Positions 51,798 through 63,574 are shown, counted from the stretch's first letter. The stretch: DNA of 64,000 nucleotides from Carcharhinus longimanus (GCA_030264375.1 JASCQW010000190.1:76066084-76130083), one strand, 5' to 3'. Notes: generated by a model not told the origin, from the sequence alone. Translations and numbers: made by a program.

Positions 51798-52883
51798 GGG
51801 CTCAATTTTATCATTGCGTCATGGTAAAGTCGGGCGTGAGGCCATTAACGTGAGCCGCACCCGCGTCCGTGCAGATGGCCACTTTATTGAGGTCCGGGAA
51901 TGGCTGTGGTCTGATTCACTCCCAAAAGAGGTGCATTTGCATGCATTTAAATTGAATTAATGAACTGCTCGCCCAACTTTATCAGCATTTTCCCTTTTAC
52001 TACTGTGTTTGCGCGCCCAGATATGGCACAAAACAGACCTACTCAGCAAAAAGTCTGGTCCAGCTGCTGAAGAAGTAAATTCAGTGCTTCCAACGACTCT
52101 GTGACTCAGATCAGTGCTGGGGGGTTACTTAGGACAGACTGACCCATCTTCAACTGCTGTTCACATTGGCAGGGGGTGAGTGAGGGAGGAGGATAAATCG
52201 TTGTCTGGTGGGGGGGAGGGNNNNNNNNNNNNNNNNNNNNNNNNNNNNNNNNNNNNNNNNNNNNNNNNNNNNNNNNNNNNNNNNNNNNNNNNNNNNNNNN
52301 NNNNNNNNNNNNNNNNNNNNCGGGTGCGGGGGAGGAGGAGGCCAGTCAGGTATACTTCTGGTGGGAGGCGAGTAAGATATATCTCTGATGCGGTGGGGGG
52401 AGACCTGATCGCTCACTGGTGGTGAGGGAAGGGGCCGAGGCCAGGTGGATCTCTGGTTGGGGGGGCGGGGAGGCAGGGGCAGGGGCAGGAGCAGGAGAGT
52501 CCACTGCCACTCTGCGGGTGATCAGTGTGAGGGAAGGGGGCAGGGGGTCACGATTGGTCTGGGTAGTGGAGGTGTGGGTTGATAAGGGGGGCAGTTATGT
52601 TGTGGGATGGGACGATGCCTGTGGGGGCCATTGCTCCTGCTGTTTGCTGCCCGGGAGCGATGTGACACGGGTGTGTTTTTTCAAATCTTTTTCTAACTGC
52701 ACGTGCGCAGTTCAAAGCTCCAATCATTTGGGGCGTGCTAAGGCCTGCCCACAGTGCAATTCAGATCTGTGATTTTTTTTTTCAAGCTAATTGCACATGG
52801 GAGTGCCTGAGAGCAGGTTTCTATGTTGGATCTGAATTGTGTCCAGAATCAGCACTTAGAATGAAAATGGTAAAATCAGGTCC
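51798..52883 (+). mobile_element. Non-autonomous TIR-type element (imperfect TIRs gggctcaattttatcatt / aatggtaaaatcaggtcc)
   Basis: Imperfect TIRs of about 18 bp; contains the same minisatellite. Confidence 0.65.
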
Positions 52884-54299
52884 TCTGTTTCTGGTTTGGT
52901 AAAACTAGTTTTTAAAACCTCCTTTCTGTTTATTCCCTAGAATTAATTCGATTAACATGTCCTGCAGTTATTAGTATGAAACAAGTCTTTTTTTAACTTA
53001 ATTCCAGAAACTTTTGACACATTTCAAGATAATAGAAACCAAAGGATTATTGCTTCCTCATAGAGAGGAGGTGTGATGTTTGAGTGTCGGTTGGATCTAT
53101 CTGGCTGGTTAGCAGTTCCAATTGTCTTTATTGTTAAATAAAATACAGCACGTAGCATTTTTGAAATCTCTTCCTTCGCTGTAATGTTGGTTTTGATGTC
53201 TATAGGTTTCCTTTGAAGTGTCTCTCTCTCTCTTCATACTTCCTTTCGGAGGATGTTTTTTACTTGCTTTTCTCGCCTTCACCTTGGAAAGTGCACTCAC
53301 ATTTTAAAACAGTTTGCCATCTCTTTTTTAAACTAACAAATTTCCAGTCAGTTGAAAGCTTCTCAAACGTTTTTTTAAAATAAAAAGGCATTTTCATGAC
53401 ACCAGTTACACGATATAAGTGACGACCTTGGTTTAACTGCATAAAGCATTGGAAAGGATAGGAAGTTGCCTATGCCAAAGAGATCCATCATAAAAAAATC
53501 TTCAACCCAGGGAAGAGACAGAGAAAAGCATCCAGCATCAACTGTGGCATCTGCTACCCCTGCAGAACCAGAGGAAAGGATCCTTATCACCACCCTGTAA
53601 ATCTAATTTTACCTATTAAGCTCACTAGTGAAGCAAAGTCCAGAAATTCAAAAGTAAATGCCATCTCAGCTGCAGAAACAACTCTACAATCTGAAGCCCT
53701 TCATTACAGACAGCACAACAGCCAGAGTTCTCCAGTTCACGCCACTGGGTTGTCCTGTCCCACCAGCAGCATATCCCTCACCCACAGGTTTCATGGTGGC
53801 GTGGGGTGACATCAACAGGAAATCCCATTGACAATGACAGGACCAGAGAATCCCGCTGTGAGTGAACGGCGCACCACTTCATACTGCCGGGAAACAGAAG
53901 GCTGGGAGAATCTTGTACACCATCTCAATGTCAAAATATAGCAGGCCTGCACCAAATATGGATTAAGCTCGATTCACATTTCCAAGTATTGTTTTATCTT
54001 CATCTGTAAATAACCCTTTTGTGTGTATGTGTTAGAAAATTTGATCAGAATTTTTTAACTCTGCCCCTGAGGGTGCAGTAAGCTATTCTAATGTCCGTTT
54101 ACTTTGGCGGGACCAGAAGATTCTGCCAGCGAGAAGGGTCAGAAAATTCTAGACCTTTCTTTTAATGTAACTTCCAGCATAAAATAAACTAACCTTTTCC
54201 TTTTTCAGTAAAAAGGTTTTGCTGCTGGGTCACTTTAAATTAAATTACTCGCTGTAAGGATAAAACATACAGTTACAAACAAACAGTTAGATATAAAGC

Positions 54300-55195
54300 T
54301 GTTTCATGGGATGTGAACACTGCTACAGAGGCCAGCATATATTATCCATCCCTGATTGTTCTCGAGAAGGCAGTGGTGAGCCACCTTCTTGAACTGCTGT
54401 GATCCAAGTGGCATCGGTAACCCAATTGTTTTGACCCAGCGACAAGTGAAGGAACAGTGACATGTTTCCAAGTCAGGATGCAGTGTGATTTACAGGTGAG
54501 CTTGCAGGTGGTGGTATCTCCATGCATCTATTGCCCTGATCCTTCCAGGTGGGAAAGGTCATAGGTTTGGAGGAACCCCCATGAGCTTTTGCAGTGCATC
54601 TTGTAAATAGTAGGCACAGCTGCCAGTAAGCGTCTGATGGTGGGGGGAATGAATGTTTAAGATAGTGAATGGGATGCTGCTGTGTCCTGGATGGTGCCCA
54701 GCCTTGTTGGAACAGCATTCATCCAGAAAAGTGGAGAGCGTTCCATCACACTCCTGATTTGTGCCTTGTAGATAGCAGACAGGCTTTTGGGAGTCAAGAG
54801 GCGAGTTATTTACGGAATTCCCAGTCTCTGACTTGCTTATGTAGTCACTCTATCTGCATGGCCGGTCCAGTTCAGGTTCAGGTCAACATTAACCCCCAGG
54901 ATGTTGTTAGTGAGACTTCCAGCAATGAAAATGCTATTGAACGTCAAGGGGAGATGGCTGTATTCTCTGTTCTTGGGGACAGTTATTGACTGGCACTTGT
55001 GTGGCATAGATATTACTTCGCGCCAATCAAGTCTAAATATTGTCCCAGGTCTTGCTCCATATGGGCATGAACTGCTTCAGTGTCAGCAGAGCTGCAAGTG
55101 GTGCTGAACATTGTGCAATCATAAGTGAACATCCCCATTTCTTACTTTATGATGAAGGAAAGATCAATGATGAAGCAGCTAAAAATGGTTGGGCT
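54300..55195 (-). mobile_element. Family-B LINE 3' portion
   Basis: Tail catgggatgtgaac..gccagcatatattatccatccc; internal gtgctgaacattgtgcaatcat (FADDCT region, reverse). Confidence 0.75.
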
Positions 55196-55239
55196 AACCA
55201 AATGTTAACTGAGTAGAGCTGGCAGAATTATAGACACTT

Positions 55240-55540
55240 TTGGGGCAGCACAGTGACACAATAGTGACACAATGCCTCAGTGTCAGGGATCCAGGCTTGA
55301 TTCCAGCCATGGGTGACTGTCTGTGTGGAGTTTGCACATTCTCTAACTGTCTGTGTGGGCTTCCTCCAGGTGCTCCAGTTTCCTCCCACAGTCCAAAAAT
55401 GTGCAGAGTAGATTGATTGGCCATGCTAAGTGCATGAGGTTACAGGGATAGGGCGGAGGGAAGGAGCAGGGTGAGATACTCTTTGAAAGAGTTGATGCAT
55501 ACTCGATGGACCGAACGGCTTCTTTCTGCACTGTATGGAT
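55240..55540 (+). mobile_element. HE1 SINE
   Basis: Head, V core and tail (tctgcactgtatggatgcta) are present. Confidence 0.85.
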
Positions 55541-55729
55541 GCTAATCAACCTGGCAGAAATAAAATGGAAATTTGACAATTGTATTGCACAGTATTTTGC
55601 CCAATTTTATTTCTTTGTAAAATCTTATTTGCAGGTAAATTCAACATAGCACTTTATTCTATACAATAAGTTCAAAATATGCACGGTTGATAGAAGTATT
55701 CTTGAGCTGGAAAGAAAATAACAACAACT

Positions 55730-55925
55730 GTGCTCCTGCTCCTGACTATTATCCAATGACACCTGCAGGGAAGTGCACATGTGGACATCAGATGAAAACC
55801 AGGACCGGGCTCAGTTGTGAGATGCACCATGGTCAATAGCCTCAGACATAGGCTGTAAAGTCTAAAATATGAAGGATAAATATTTGGGCAGGGGACTGTA
55901 GGTTAGCCTGTTCCAATGGTGTTGT
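55730..55925 (-). mobile_element. Ancient SINE-like repeat resembling AmnSINE2 (recalled consensus)
   Basis: Minus strand ggctattgaccatgg..cacaactgagcccggtcctgg..gtccac..gcaggtgtcattggata..caggagc. Confidence 0.4.
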
Positions 55926-56039
55926 ATTGTTGTTATTTATACCAACTAGGTTGCTGGTGGGGGTGGGTAAAATAAACATTATAAGACAATTATATCCCTT
56001 GCACTACCTCATTTCTCACTATCAGAAACTCTCATGTAT

Positions 56040-56465
56040 CATATAACCCTACAGTGCAGAAAGAGGTCCTTCAGCCCATCAAGTCTGAACACAATCCCAC
56101 CCGGGCCCTACCCCCATATCATACCCACTAATCCCTCTAACCTACACATCCCTAGACACTAAGGGGCAATTTCTTAGCATGGCCAATCAACCTAACCNNN
56201 NNNNNNNNNNNNNNNNNNNNNNNNNNNNNNNNNNNNNNNNNNNNNNNNNNNNNNNNNNNNNNNNNNNNNNNNNNNNNNNNNNNNNNNNNNNNNNNNNACC
56301 AGCATGTCTTTCAGATGTTGGGAGGAAACTGGAGCACCCGGAGGAAACCCATGCAGATACAGGGAGAATGTGCAGACTCTGCACAGGCAGTGACCCAAGC
56401 CGGGAATTGAACTCGGGTCCCTGGCGCTGTGAGGCAGCAATACTAACCACTATGCCACCGTACTG
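56040..56465 (-). mobile_element. HE1 SINE (contains a gap)
   Basis: Reverse head tgtgaggcagcaatactaaccactatgccaccg; tail ccctacagtgcaga. Confidence 0.85.
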
Positions 56466-56784
56466 GCCTCTTGTGAATCCTTGATTATTATCACTTTGAA
56501 AATGGCAGTGTGCCGACAGCGGTCTGGGCATTGAGCAACAGAACTCACCCCCTAACCTGCTCTGCCTCCCAGTCTCTCTTTCTCCCTCTTTTAAAACATA
56601 TTTAAAAAGCAACGGCACCTGTTCTGTTATCACCTTATTAAATCTGAAGTGCCTGAAGTCTTTTTTGTTCCATTAAATGTATCCTATAAATTGAACCTGT
56701 TCAGTGGTAAGGTCTTGAGTTGGATAGAAACATAAAAAGTAGAAGCAGGAGTTGGCTATTTGGCCCTTCGAGCCTGCTTGAATT

Positions 56785-56888
56785 ATGGAACCAAAAGAAA
56801 AAAACGCTGGAAAACCTCAGCAGGTCTGGCGGCATCTGGAAGGAGAGAAAAGAGCTGATGTTTCCAGTCCAGATGACCCTTTGTCAAA
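56785..56888 (-). mobile_element. Penelope terminal-repeat fragment
   Basis: Close match to 18440-18540. Confidence 0.75.
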
Positions 56889-57290
56889 TCTTGAATTATG
56901 ATCAGCCGTGAATGACAGAGCAAACTGGAAGGGCCAAATGGCCTTCTCCTGCTCCTATTTTGTATGCTTCTATGTGTCCTGATGTCCCAGCAGATGAAGC
57001 AGTTCTGCAGACAAGGAAGATCCCACTCAGACGTTGTGTTGGGTTCTCAGGTGTCAACTGTGGCGCAGTCAATGAAGTTAAAAAACGATCGAAAAATGCC
57101 ATCCTTCAGTTGAAGTACAATAGATTAATGTATGTCACGTGAGATAAATTAAATCTTAATTTTCAATGCTACTAACTGGCAGGGGAAAGACAGCCCAGAG
57201 TGCTGAATGGATTTATGGCAGGATTTTATTTATTTTACTAAAGCAGCTGAAGACATAAAATAGGTGTGAACAAGTGGTGAAGATTACACA

Positions 57291-57420
57291 AGGGCCGGAG
57301 TTTACCCATCCTGCTCGCCACGGGAATTGGAGGGGGAGAGGGGCGGACGATGGAAAGATTCTTTGACCTCGGGTGGGATTTTGCAGTTCCGGGACGAACA
57401 AGGTCATGTAGTCCCACCCA
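57291..57420. mobile_element. Short MITE-like element
   Basis: Reverse-complement similarity to 27517-27645. Confidence 0.55.
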
Positions 57421-57840
57421 GAGATTCTACAGAGGGATACAGACAGGTAAAGTGAGTAAATAAATCAACTCAAATATATTCTGTGTATTGTGAAATTTCC
57501 ACTTCAATATCTACCACTGCATCTGTATTAACCAATCCCACAACTGCTTGAATACTTGTGCGACCTCACTCTGCTGACTTTCCAGCATGTCTCCTTACAC
57601 TCCAACAATACCACACTCCACAAAGTGCTTCATTTACTCTAACGTGCAGTAATACCAGGAGGTTGTGAAGGTTCAAGCTTTTCTTCTTTCCTCTTTTCTA
57701 TTATGTTGCAGGATTAGCCCCCGGGATCCTGGAATTAGAGGGGGAGAAATACATTATGGAGCAGCCTGGAGCACCGCTCCCCTATCCAGCCATTATGTGC
57801 CCACCTTGAGGCAATTGGAAGGTGATGACCCAGGAACCTT

Positions 57841-58440
57841 CTCACTAGACTATTAATTCAGAAGCTCAGCAAATCGTAGAATCCTACAGTGCAGAAGGAG
57901 GCCATTTGACCTATCAAGTCTGCACCAACAACAATCCCACCTCAGGCCCTATCCTCACAGATTTACTTTGCTAATCCCTCTAACCTACACATTCCAGGGC
58001 ACTTTGGGACAATTTATCATGGCTAACTCATACACCTTCGGACTGTGGGAAGAGACCAGAGCACCCGGATTGTGCAAACTCCACACAGACAAGCTGGGAA
58101 TCGAACCTGGCTCCCGAGAGTTGTGAGGCAGCAGTGCTGAGCACTGTGCTACCATGCCACTAATGTTCTGGGGATCTGGATTCGAATCCTATCACAGCAG
58201 AGGGTGGAATTTGAATTCAAATAAAAATACAATCTGGAATTAAGAATCTTCTGATGCCCATGAAACCATTGTCAATTGTCGGACAAACCCAAGTGGTTCA
58301 CTAATGTGCTTTAGGGAAGGAAATCTGCCGTCCTTACCTGGTCTGGCCTACAATTGACTCCAGAGCCACAGCAATGTGGTTGACTCTCAACTGCCCTTTG
58401 AACAAGGGCAACTAGGGATGGGCAATAAATGCTGGCCAAC
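57841..58440 (+). mobile_element. Same SINE family, split by an HE1 insertion
   Basis: tcactagactattaattcagaagctcagc | taatgttctggggatctggattcgaatcc..gggatgggcaataaatgctggcc. Confidence 0.8.
57875..58160 (-). mobile_element. HE1 SINE nested inside a family-B-tailed SINE
   Basis: Splits the host at ctcagc-aaat | c-taatgttctgggg. Confidence 0.8.
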
Positions 58441-58749
58441 CTGCAAAGTCCATTTTTGTGTCAGGGAGTTGGAGGGCAACTGGACAATCCCAGTCATTCC
58501 TTAACTGTTCTTCGACAAGACTCTTATGACTGAGTGCCCAGCTCATGGGGACGGGCAAACCTGCTGGCCACGAACCCACCTTTGCCCAAAATGGTGGAAG
58601 TTGGGAATGGGGTTGGGAAGTTGATGCAACAGCTGGCTCTGTATTTTTTGGGTCCCCTTCATCTGCATTCCTGACCTCAGTACAACCCAAAAAACCCTGT
58701 TCTTTGAATCTTCCAGCACAAGAAGGGCTATACGTCCTCATGCTTTTAA

Positions 58750-59540
58750 AAGATCTTGAAAAGGTGGGTGCAGTTTCCTCCTGTGGGTGAGTCCAGAGCT
58801 AGGGGACAGTGCTTTAAAATTACAGGCTGCTCTTTTAGGACAGAGATGAGGGGTGGAACTTTACCAGCACGCCTGCCTGAGGCTCGTAACATCCCACTCG
58901 ATGCCAACGGAGAATGCCGCTCTGTGAGCCTCGCCCACCCCGATTCCAGCGTGGGCACACCGGTAAAATTTCAGCTCAGAACCTTTTCTCGCAAAGGATT
59001 GTGTGACCTTTGAACTTTGCCTCAGAAGGAAGTGGGGCGGCACGGTAGCACAGTGGTTAGCACTGCTGCTTCACAGCTCCTGGGTTCGATTCCCGGCTTG
59101 GGTCACCGTCTGTGTAGAGTTTGCACATCCTCCTTGTGTCCGCGTGGGTTTCCTCCCAGAGTCCAAAGATGTGCGGTTGATTGGCCAAGCTAAGAAATTG
59201 CCCCTTAATAGCCAGGGATGTGTAGGTGAGAGGGATTAGTGGGTATAATATGTGGGAGTAGGGCCTGGGTGGGATTGTGTTCAGTGCAGACTCAATGGGC
59301 CAAAGGGCCTCTTTCTACACTATAGGATTCTATGAAGCGGAGGTGGGGTCATTGTATATTTTTCCAGGTGGAGGAAGGTCGTTTCTTGCTAGGCAAGGGA
59401 ATCAAAGATTATTGGGGTTGGTGTGGCGGGTGCGGCGGGGGTGGGGGGGTGGGGGGGGCTCAGTAGTTGGGAATGTGGGACTGGAAGCACAAATAGATTG
59501 GCGATGAGCTTATTGAAAGGCAGGGCAGGGTCAAGGGGCC
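58750..59540 (+). mobile_element. CR1 3' fragment interrupted by a short MITE (58850-58977) and an HE1 SINE (59034-59335)
   Basis: CR1 motifs gagtccagagctaggggacag..gagatgag|..gcggaggtggggtcattgtatattt flank the inserts. Confidence 0.6.
59034..59335 (+). mobile_element. HE1 SINE, relatively young
   Basis: gggcggcacggtagcacagtggttagcactgctgc..ggttcgattcccggc, with CpGs retained. Confidence 0.9.
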
Positions 59541-60139
59541 TTGACTCAAAGGTGAGAGTGCTATCAAACTCAACCAAGCTCACAAAATATAACAAAACAA
59601 TTTATAATACAATATCTGTAAAGCAATGGATTTCTCCAAAAAAATGTCCTATTGCCTGAGGATTATTTATGAAGCTTTAGCCCAGAGGAGACAATTGTTA
59701 ATCTCACTGCACTGTGAAGCCCATTCAGAGTGTGCAAAGAACATTAACTCGGCACACTCTCTGGCCTCAAGCGCCCTCCATTTAACTATTGTGCTGACTG
59801 TGGCAAAGCCAGCAAGAATTCATTTTCCAAAGCTCAAAGCAAGCTCACAACAAAGCGGAATAAAAATGACCAAGAGCTCTACTTAATTGATCGAAAAGGA
59901 AGAATCAAGAGCACTCGCCATTCTAATGGAATGGCTGGTATTGGAATGTATTTCAGGTGTTCTGATATTGTTCTACTCCTGAGAGAGTCTCCTGATCGAT
60001 GAGTTGTTGATCAATGCTGGCGTACAGAGTGTGTTGTGCTCATTATTTAACACAGGGGATGGCTTCAGCTGTGGAGTGAAGGTCCATATCGTCCAATAAC
60101 AGAAGTGGTCTTGGCCCTATCTCCAATGTAAAATTCAAA

Positions 60140-60455
60140 ATGTAGGATCATATCTATTAGATGGTACCGTTAAACCAAGGCTCGCTCTGCCTTCACAAGT
60201 TGACGTAAAAGATTTGACAGCAATATTCAAAGAGCAACCCAATAGGATAACAGACTAAGGACCAGAATTCTTATTTCTCCATTTTTTGTGTTTTTTTTTC
60301 CTTTCCAGGCAAAGCGGTTTCCCCCCCACATCCCGCAAGCATCCTGGGCTAATATTTATTCCCCATCCACTGTAGCTTGAAGTAAATGATCTCATCACGA
60401 TTATATTGCTGTTTATGGGAGTTCACAGAGTGTAAATCGGCTGTCACATTTCCTC
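60140..60455 (+). mobile_element. SacSINE1-like Deu-SINE, old; the tail continues in pieces at about 61230-61275 and 61570-61600
   Basis: gatggtaccgttaaaccaagg..gacgtaaaagat..catcctgggctaatatttattccc..ttgctgtttatggga. Confidence 0.65.
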
Positions 60456-60826
60456 CATTCATTCAGCCTCCCATCCATTGAATCTGTCTACACTTCTCAC
60501 TGCCTTGGCAAAGCAGCCAGCATAATTAAGGACCCCCCACACTCCGGACTTTCTTGCATCTTCTTCCGTCAGGAAAAAGATACAAACGTTTTATGGTCAC
60601 GTACCAACCAGCTCAAGAACAGCTTCTTCCCTGCTGCTGTCACACTTTTGAATGGACCTACCTCATATTAAGTTGAGCTTTCTATACACTCTAGCTATGA
60701 CTGTATAACCACATTCTGCACCCTCTCCTTTCCTTCTCTATGTATGGTATGCTTTGTCTGTATAGCACGCAATAAACAATATTTTTCGCTGTATCTGACA
60801 TGTGACAATAATGAATCAGATCAAAT
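60455..60826 (+). mobile_element. Rex1/Babar LINE 3' fragment
   Basis: Reverse-complement similarity to 9245-9620; ends catgtgacaataatgaatcagatcaaat. Confidence 0.75.
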
Positions 60827-60844
60827 TGCAGAAGTGACAATAGG

Positions 60845-61230
60845 GAAGGTGGTAGTATAGTGCTGATTTCACTGGACTAGTAATCCAGAGATCTGGGGTA
60901 TTACACTGGGGACCTGGATTCAAATCCCACATCGACAGATGATGAAATTTGAATTCAATAAAGATTTGGAATTAAAAGTTTAATGACGACCATGAAACCA
61001 TTGTTGATTGCTTTAAAAGCCCATCTGGTTCACTAATGTCCGTTAGGGAAGGAAATCTGCTGTCTGTGCCTTGTCTGGCTCACATGCAACTCCTGGCCCA
61101 CAGCAATCTGCTTCCCTCTTCACTATCCTCTGAAATGGCCTGACAAACCACTCAGTTCGGGGCAATTGGGGATGGGCACTAACTGCTGGCCCATCCTGTG
61201 ATGCCCAAATCCCTCGAATGAATTAAAAAG
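60845..61230 (+). mobile_element. Same SINE family, near full length
   Basis: ggtggtagtatagtgc..ggattcaaatccc (B box)..gaatgaattaaaa. Confidence 0.8.
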
Positions 61231-61274
61231 AAACCTTCAGGAGTACTCAATTTGTTGCCAACTCTTCAGAATGT

Positions 61275-61570
61275 TCTGTTTATTTATTAGTATCACAATT
61301 AGGCTTACATTAACACTGCATTAAAGTGACTGTGACAATCCCCTAATCACCACACTCGGGCACCAGTCCGAGTAAACTAAGGAAAAATTTAGCATAGCCA
61401 CTGCACCTAACTGGTCTTTGGAGTGTGGGAGGAAACCAGAGCACCCGGAGGAAACCCACACAGACACGGGGAGAATGTGCAGACTCCACACAGACAGTCA
61501 GCCAAGCTGGGAATGGAAGCCTGGTCCCTGGGGCTGTGAGGCAGCAGTGTTAACCATTCAGGCACCATGA
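61275..61570 (-). mobile_element. V-SINE variant with the alternative tail
   Basis: Same tail as 47155-47445 (tttattagtatcacaattaggcttacattaacactgca). Confidence 0.8.
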
Positions 61571-61899
61571 AAGGCATTAAAGAAATGTAAGTTCTTTCTG
61601 TAATGAGGAATAATTGCTTTACAGGACTCAATTTGGGGATGGAGGTAGGGGAGAGATATGATCATATCTCAGCAAGCGCAAGAGTCTGTTGCAGTATCCC
61701 AACAACAAACTGCATTTGCTACTAAAACTCCCCATAATCATTTCTTATCTGGCTGTTCCAGTCTCAAGCTGTGATGCCATGCCATGGAATCATTGAGGTT
61801 TAGAGCATGAAAACAGGTTCTTTGGCCCAGCTTGTCCATGCAGCCCATGTGGTGTGTAAACAATAGGTTCAGTGGAAAATGAGAGAGAGAAGAAAGCTT

Positions 61900-62038
61900 G
61901 GGTTGGGGGATTAGTGGGGTAAATGCGTGGTGTTACAGGAATAGGATGGGCTGTTGGCCTGGGTAAGGTGCTCTTTCGCAGAGTCGGTGCAGACTCGATG
62001 GGCTGAATGCTGTCCTTCTGCAGTGGAGGGATTCCATG
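61900..62038 (+). mobile_element. HE1 SINE 3' half
   Basis: gtcggtgcagactcgatgggctgaatg..gattccatg. Confidence 0.7.
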
Positions 62039-62797
62039 AGAGGCGAACCAACCAGAGGCTGAGGATCAATGAGGGGCACCAGGCCAAAAGATGGTGGTCA
62101 GGAGGGGAGGGGAGGGGTAGGGGTGCAGGAATGGTTGGGGTGTCACTGGAGAAGCTCAACACCCCTACTCCTCCCCCAATGCTGGGTCCCTCCTTTTGCC
62201 TTTGAACACTGCAACTCCCAAAAAGCACAGTCAAATTTGACAAGGTTTGTTTTTCCACATGGTGACTCCCCTTGCCTAAAGTGGATTTTAATTGCCAATT
62301 AAGGGCCTTCATTGACATCAGGGCAGAAAGGCCATTTGCAAGCCTGACCGCGCTGGAATTAATTGGGGCAGGAATGGGAAGGTGGTGGCCGGGTCCCCAC
62401 CTGCTGATTAAATGACGCTCCCATCCCCCCATCCCAAAATAGTTGCCGGGGACAATTAATCCTGTCCAAAAAAAAATGTGGAACAAAGGATGCAGCAGTT
62501 AGAGACAGAACGAGGAATTGATGAAGCAGTAAGATATAAAAATGGACAAGTGGACACAGACAGAGTTAGGGAGTGTGGATGGACTGGATTAGAGGTCAGG
62601 TCATGCCTAGTACGAGTGCAGAGGCTATTGACTGCCAGCTACAGAGGCAGGTAGGCCGGAAAGCCTGAGTGAAAGATTAACAATAAACCATAACACAAAA
62701 TACATTCACCCCCTCATCTCCCTCCCCATGCCTAACAAAACTGCCTCATGCCCCCCCCCCCACCCAATCCATAGAACGCACACATTCCATGCCAACT

Positions 62798-63082
62798 AAT
62801 CACAGAATCCCTACAGTGCAGAAGGAGGCCATTCGGCCCATCTGCACTGACTCTCCGACAGCGTGTCTCACTCAAGCCCTATCCCTGTAACTCCATGTAG
62901 CTATGCCACCAATCCTGCTAACCCTGCACATTCTTCAGCTGTGGGAAGAAGCTGGAGCACCTGTTGGAAACCCATGCAGACACGGGGAGAACGTGCAAAC
63001 TCCACCCGGACAATCACCCAAAGCCAGTATTAAACTCAGGTCCCTGACACTGTGAGGTAGCAGTACTAACCACTGTGCCAAC
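62798..63082 (-). mobile_element. HE1 SINE
   Basis: cagaatccctacagtgcagaaggaggccattcggccc..actaaccactgtgcc. Confidence 0.85.
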
Positions 63083-63574
63083 TTGCATGGCCCATTATAA
63101 TAGATCTTGAGTCCTTCTATCCAACACCTAGAGGTTCTCAAAACTCTATGCCAACCCACGCCTTTCACTAATCCACATGTCGTGTTATGACCCGTATGCC
63201 AACTCAAGGAGAATTCAGGTCAACCTATGCCCTCCCACTCTTTGCCCTTACCCCCTCCAGGCTAACTCACCCAGTATCAACCATGGGCAATCATCAGGAG
63301 CTATGCTGACAAGAAAAGAAAGCGTATATTTATAATTTCACTATTTAAAAGAAACACCCTCATTGGCAAAAAAAGGTAATTACAGTCGAATTCCCTCTCC
63401 TGAGCACTAATGATTCACTGGAGCACTTACTCTCTTACAAAAACACACATCTCTATTCTGTAATTATCCAGAGCTGTCTATCAAACTGCTCACTTAACAG
63501 GTACACCTCTGCGAAAATGTCAGATTTAAGATCAGTCATACAGCACAAATCCAATAAATATTTTACATTAATTT

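Noticed and set aside
50654-54290. Possible fragmented solo LTRs hosting nested insertions
   Set aside because: Composition is suggestive, but I could not establish termini, a TSD or a PBS.
59034-59100. tRNA gene
   Set aside because: The A/B boxes belong to the HE1 SINE head; there is no complete cloverleaf.
61911-62486. 191-aa ORF
   Set aside because: Spans a MITE-like element and an HE1 tail; chance ORF.
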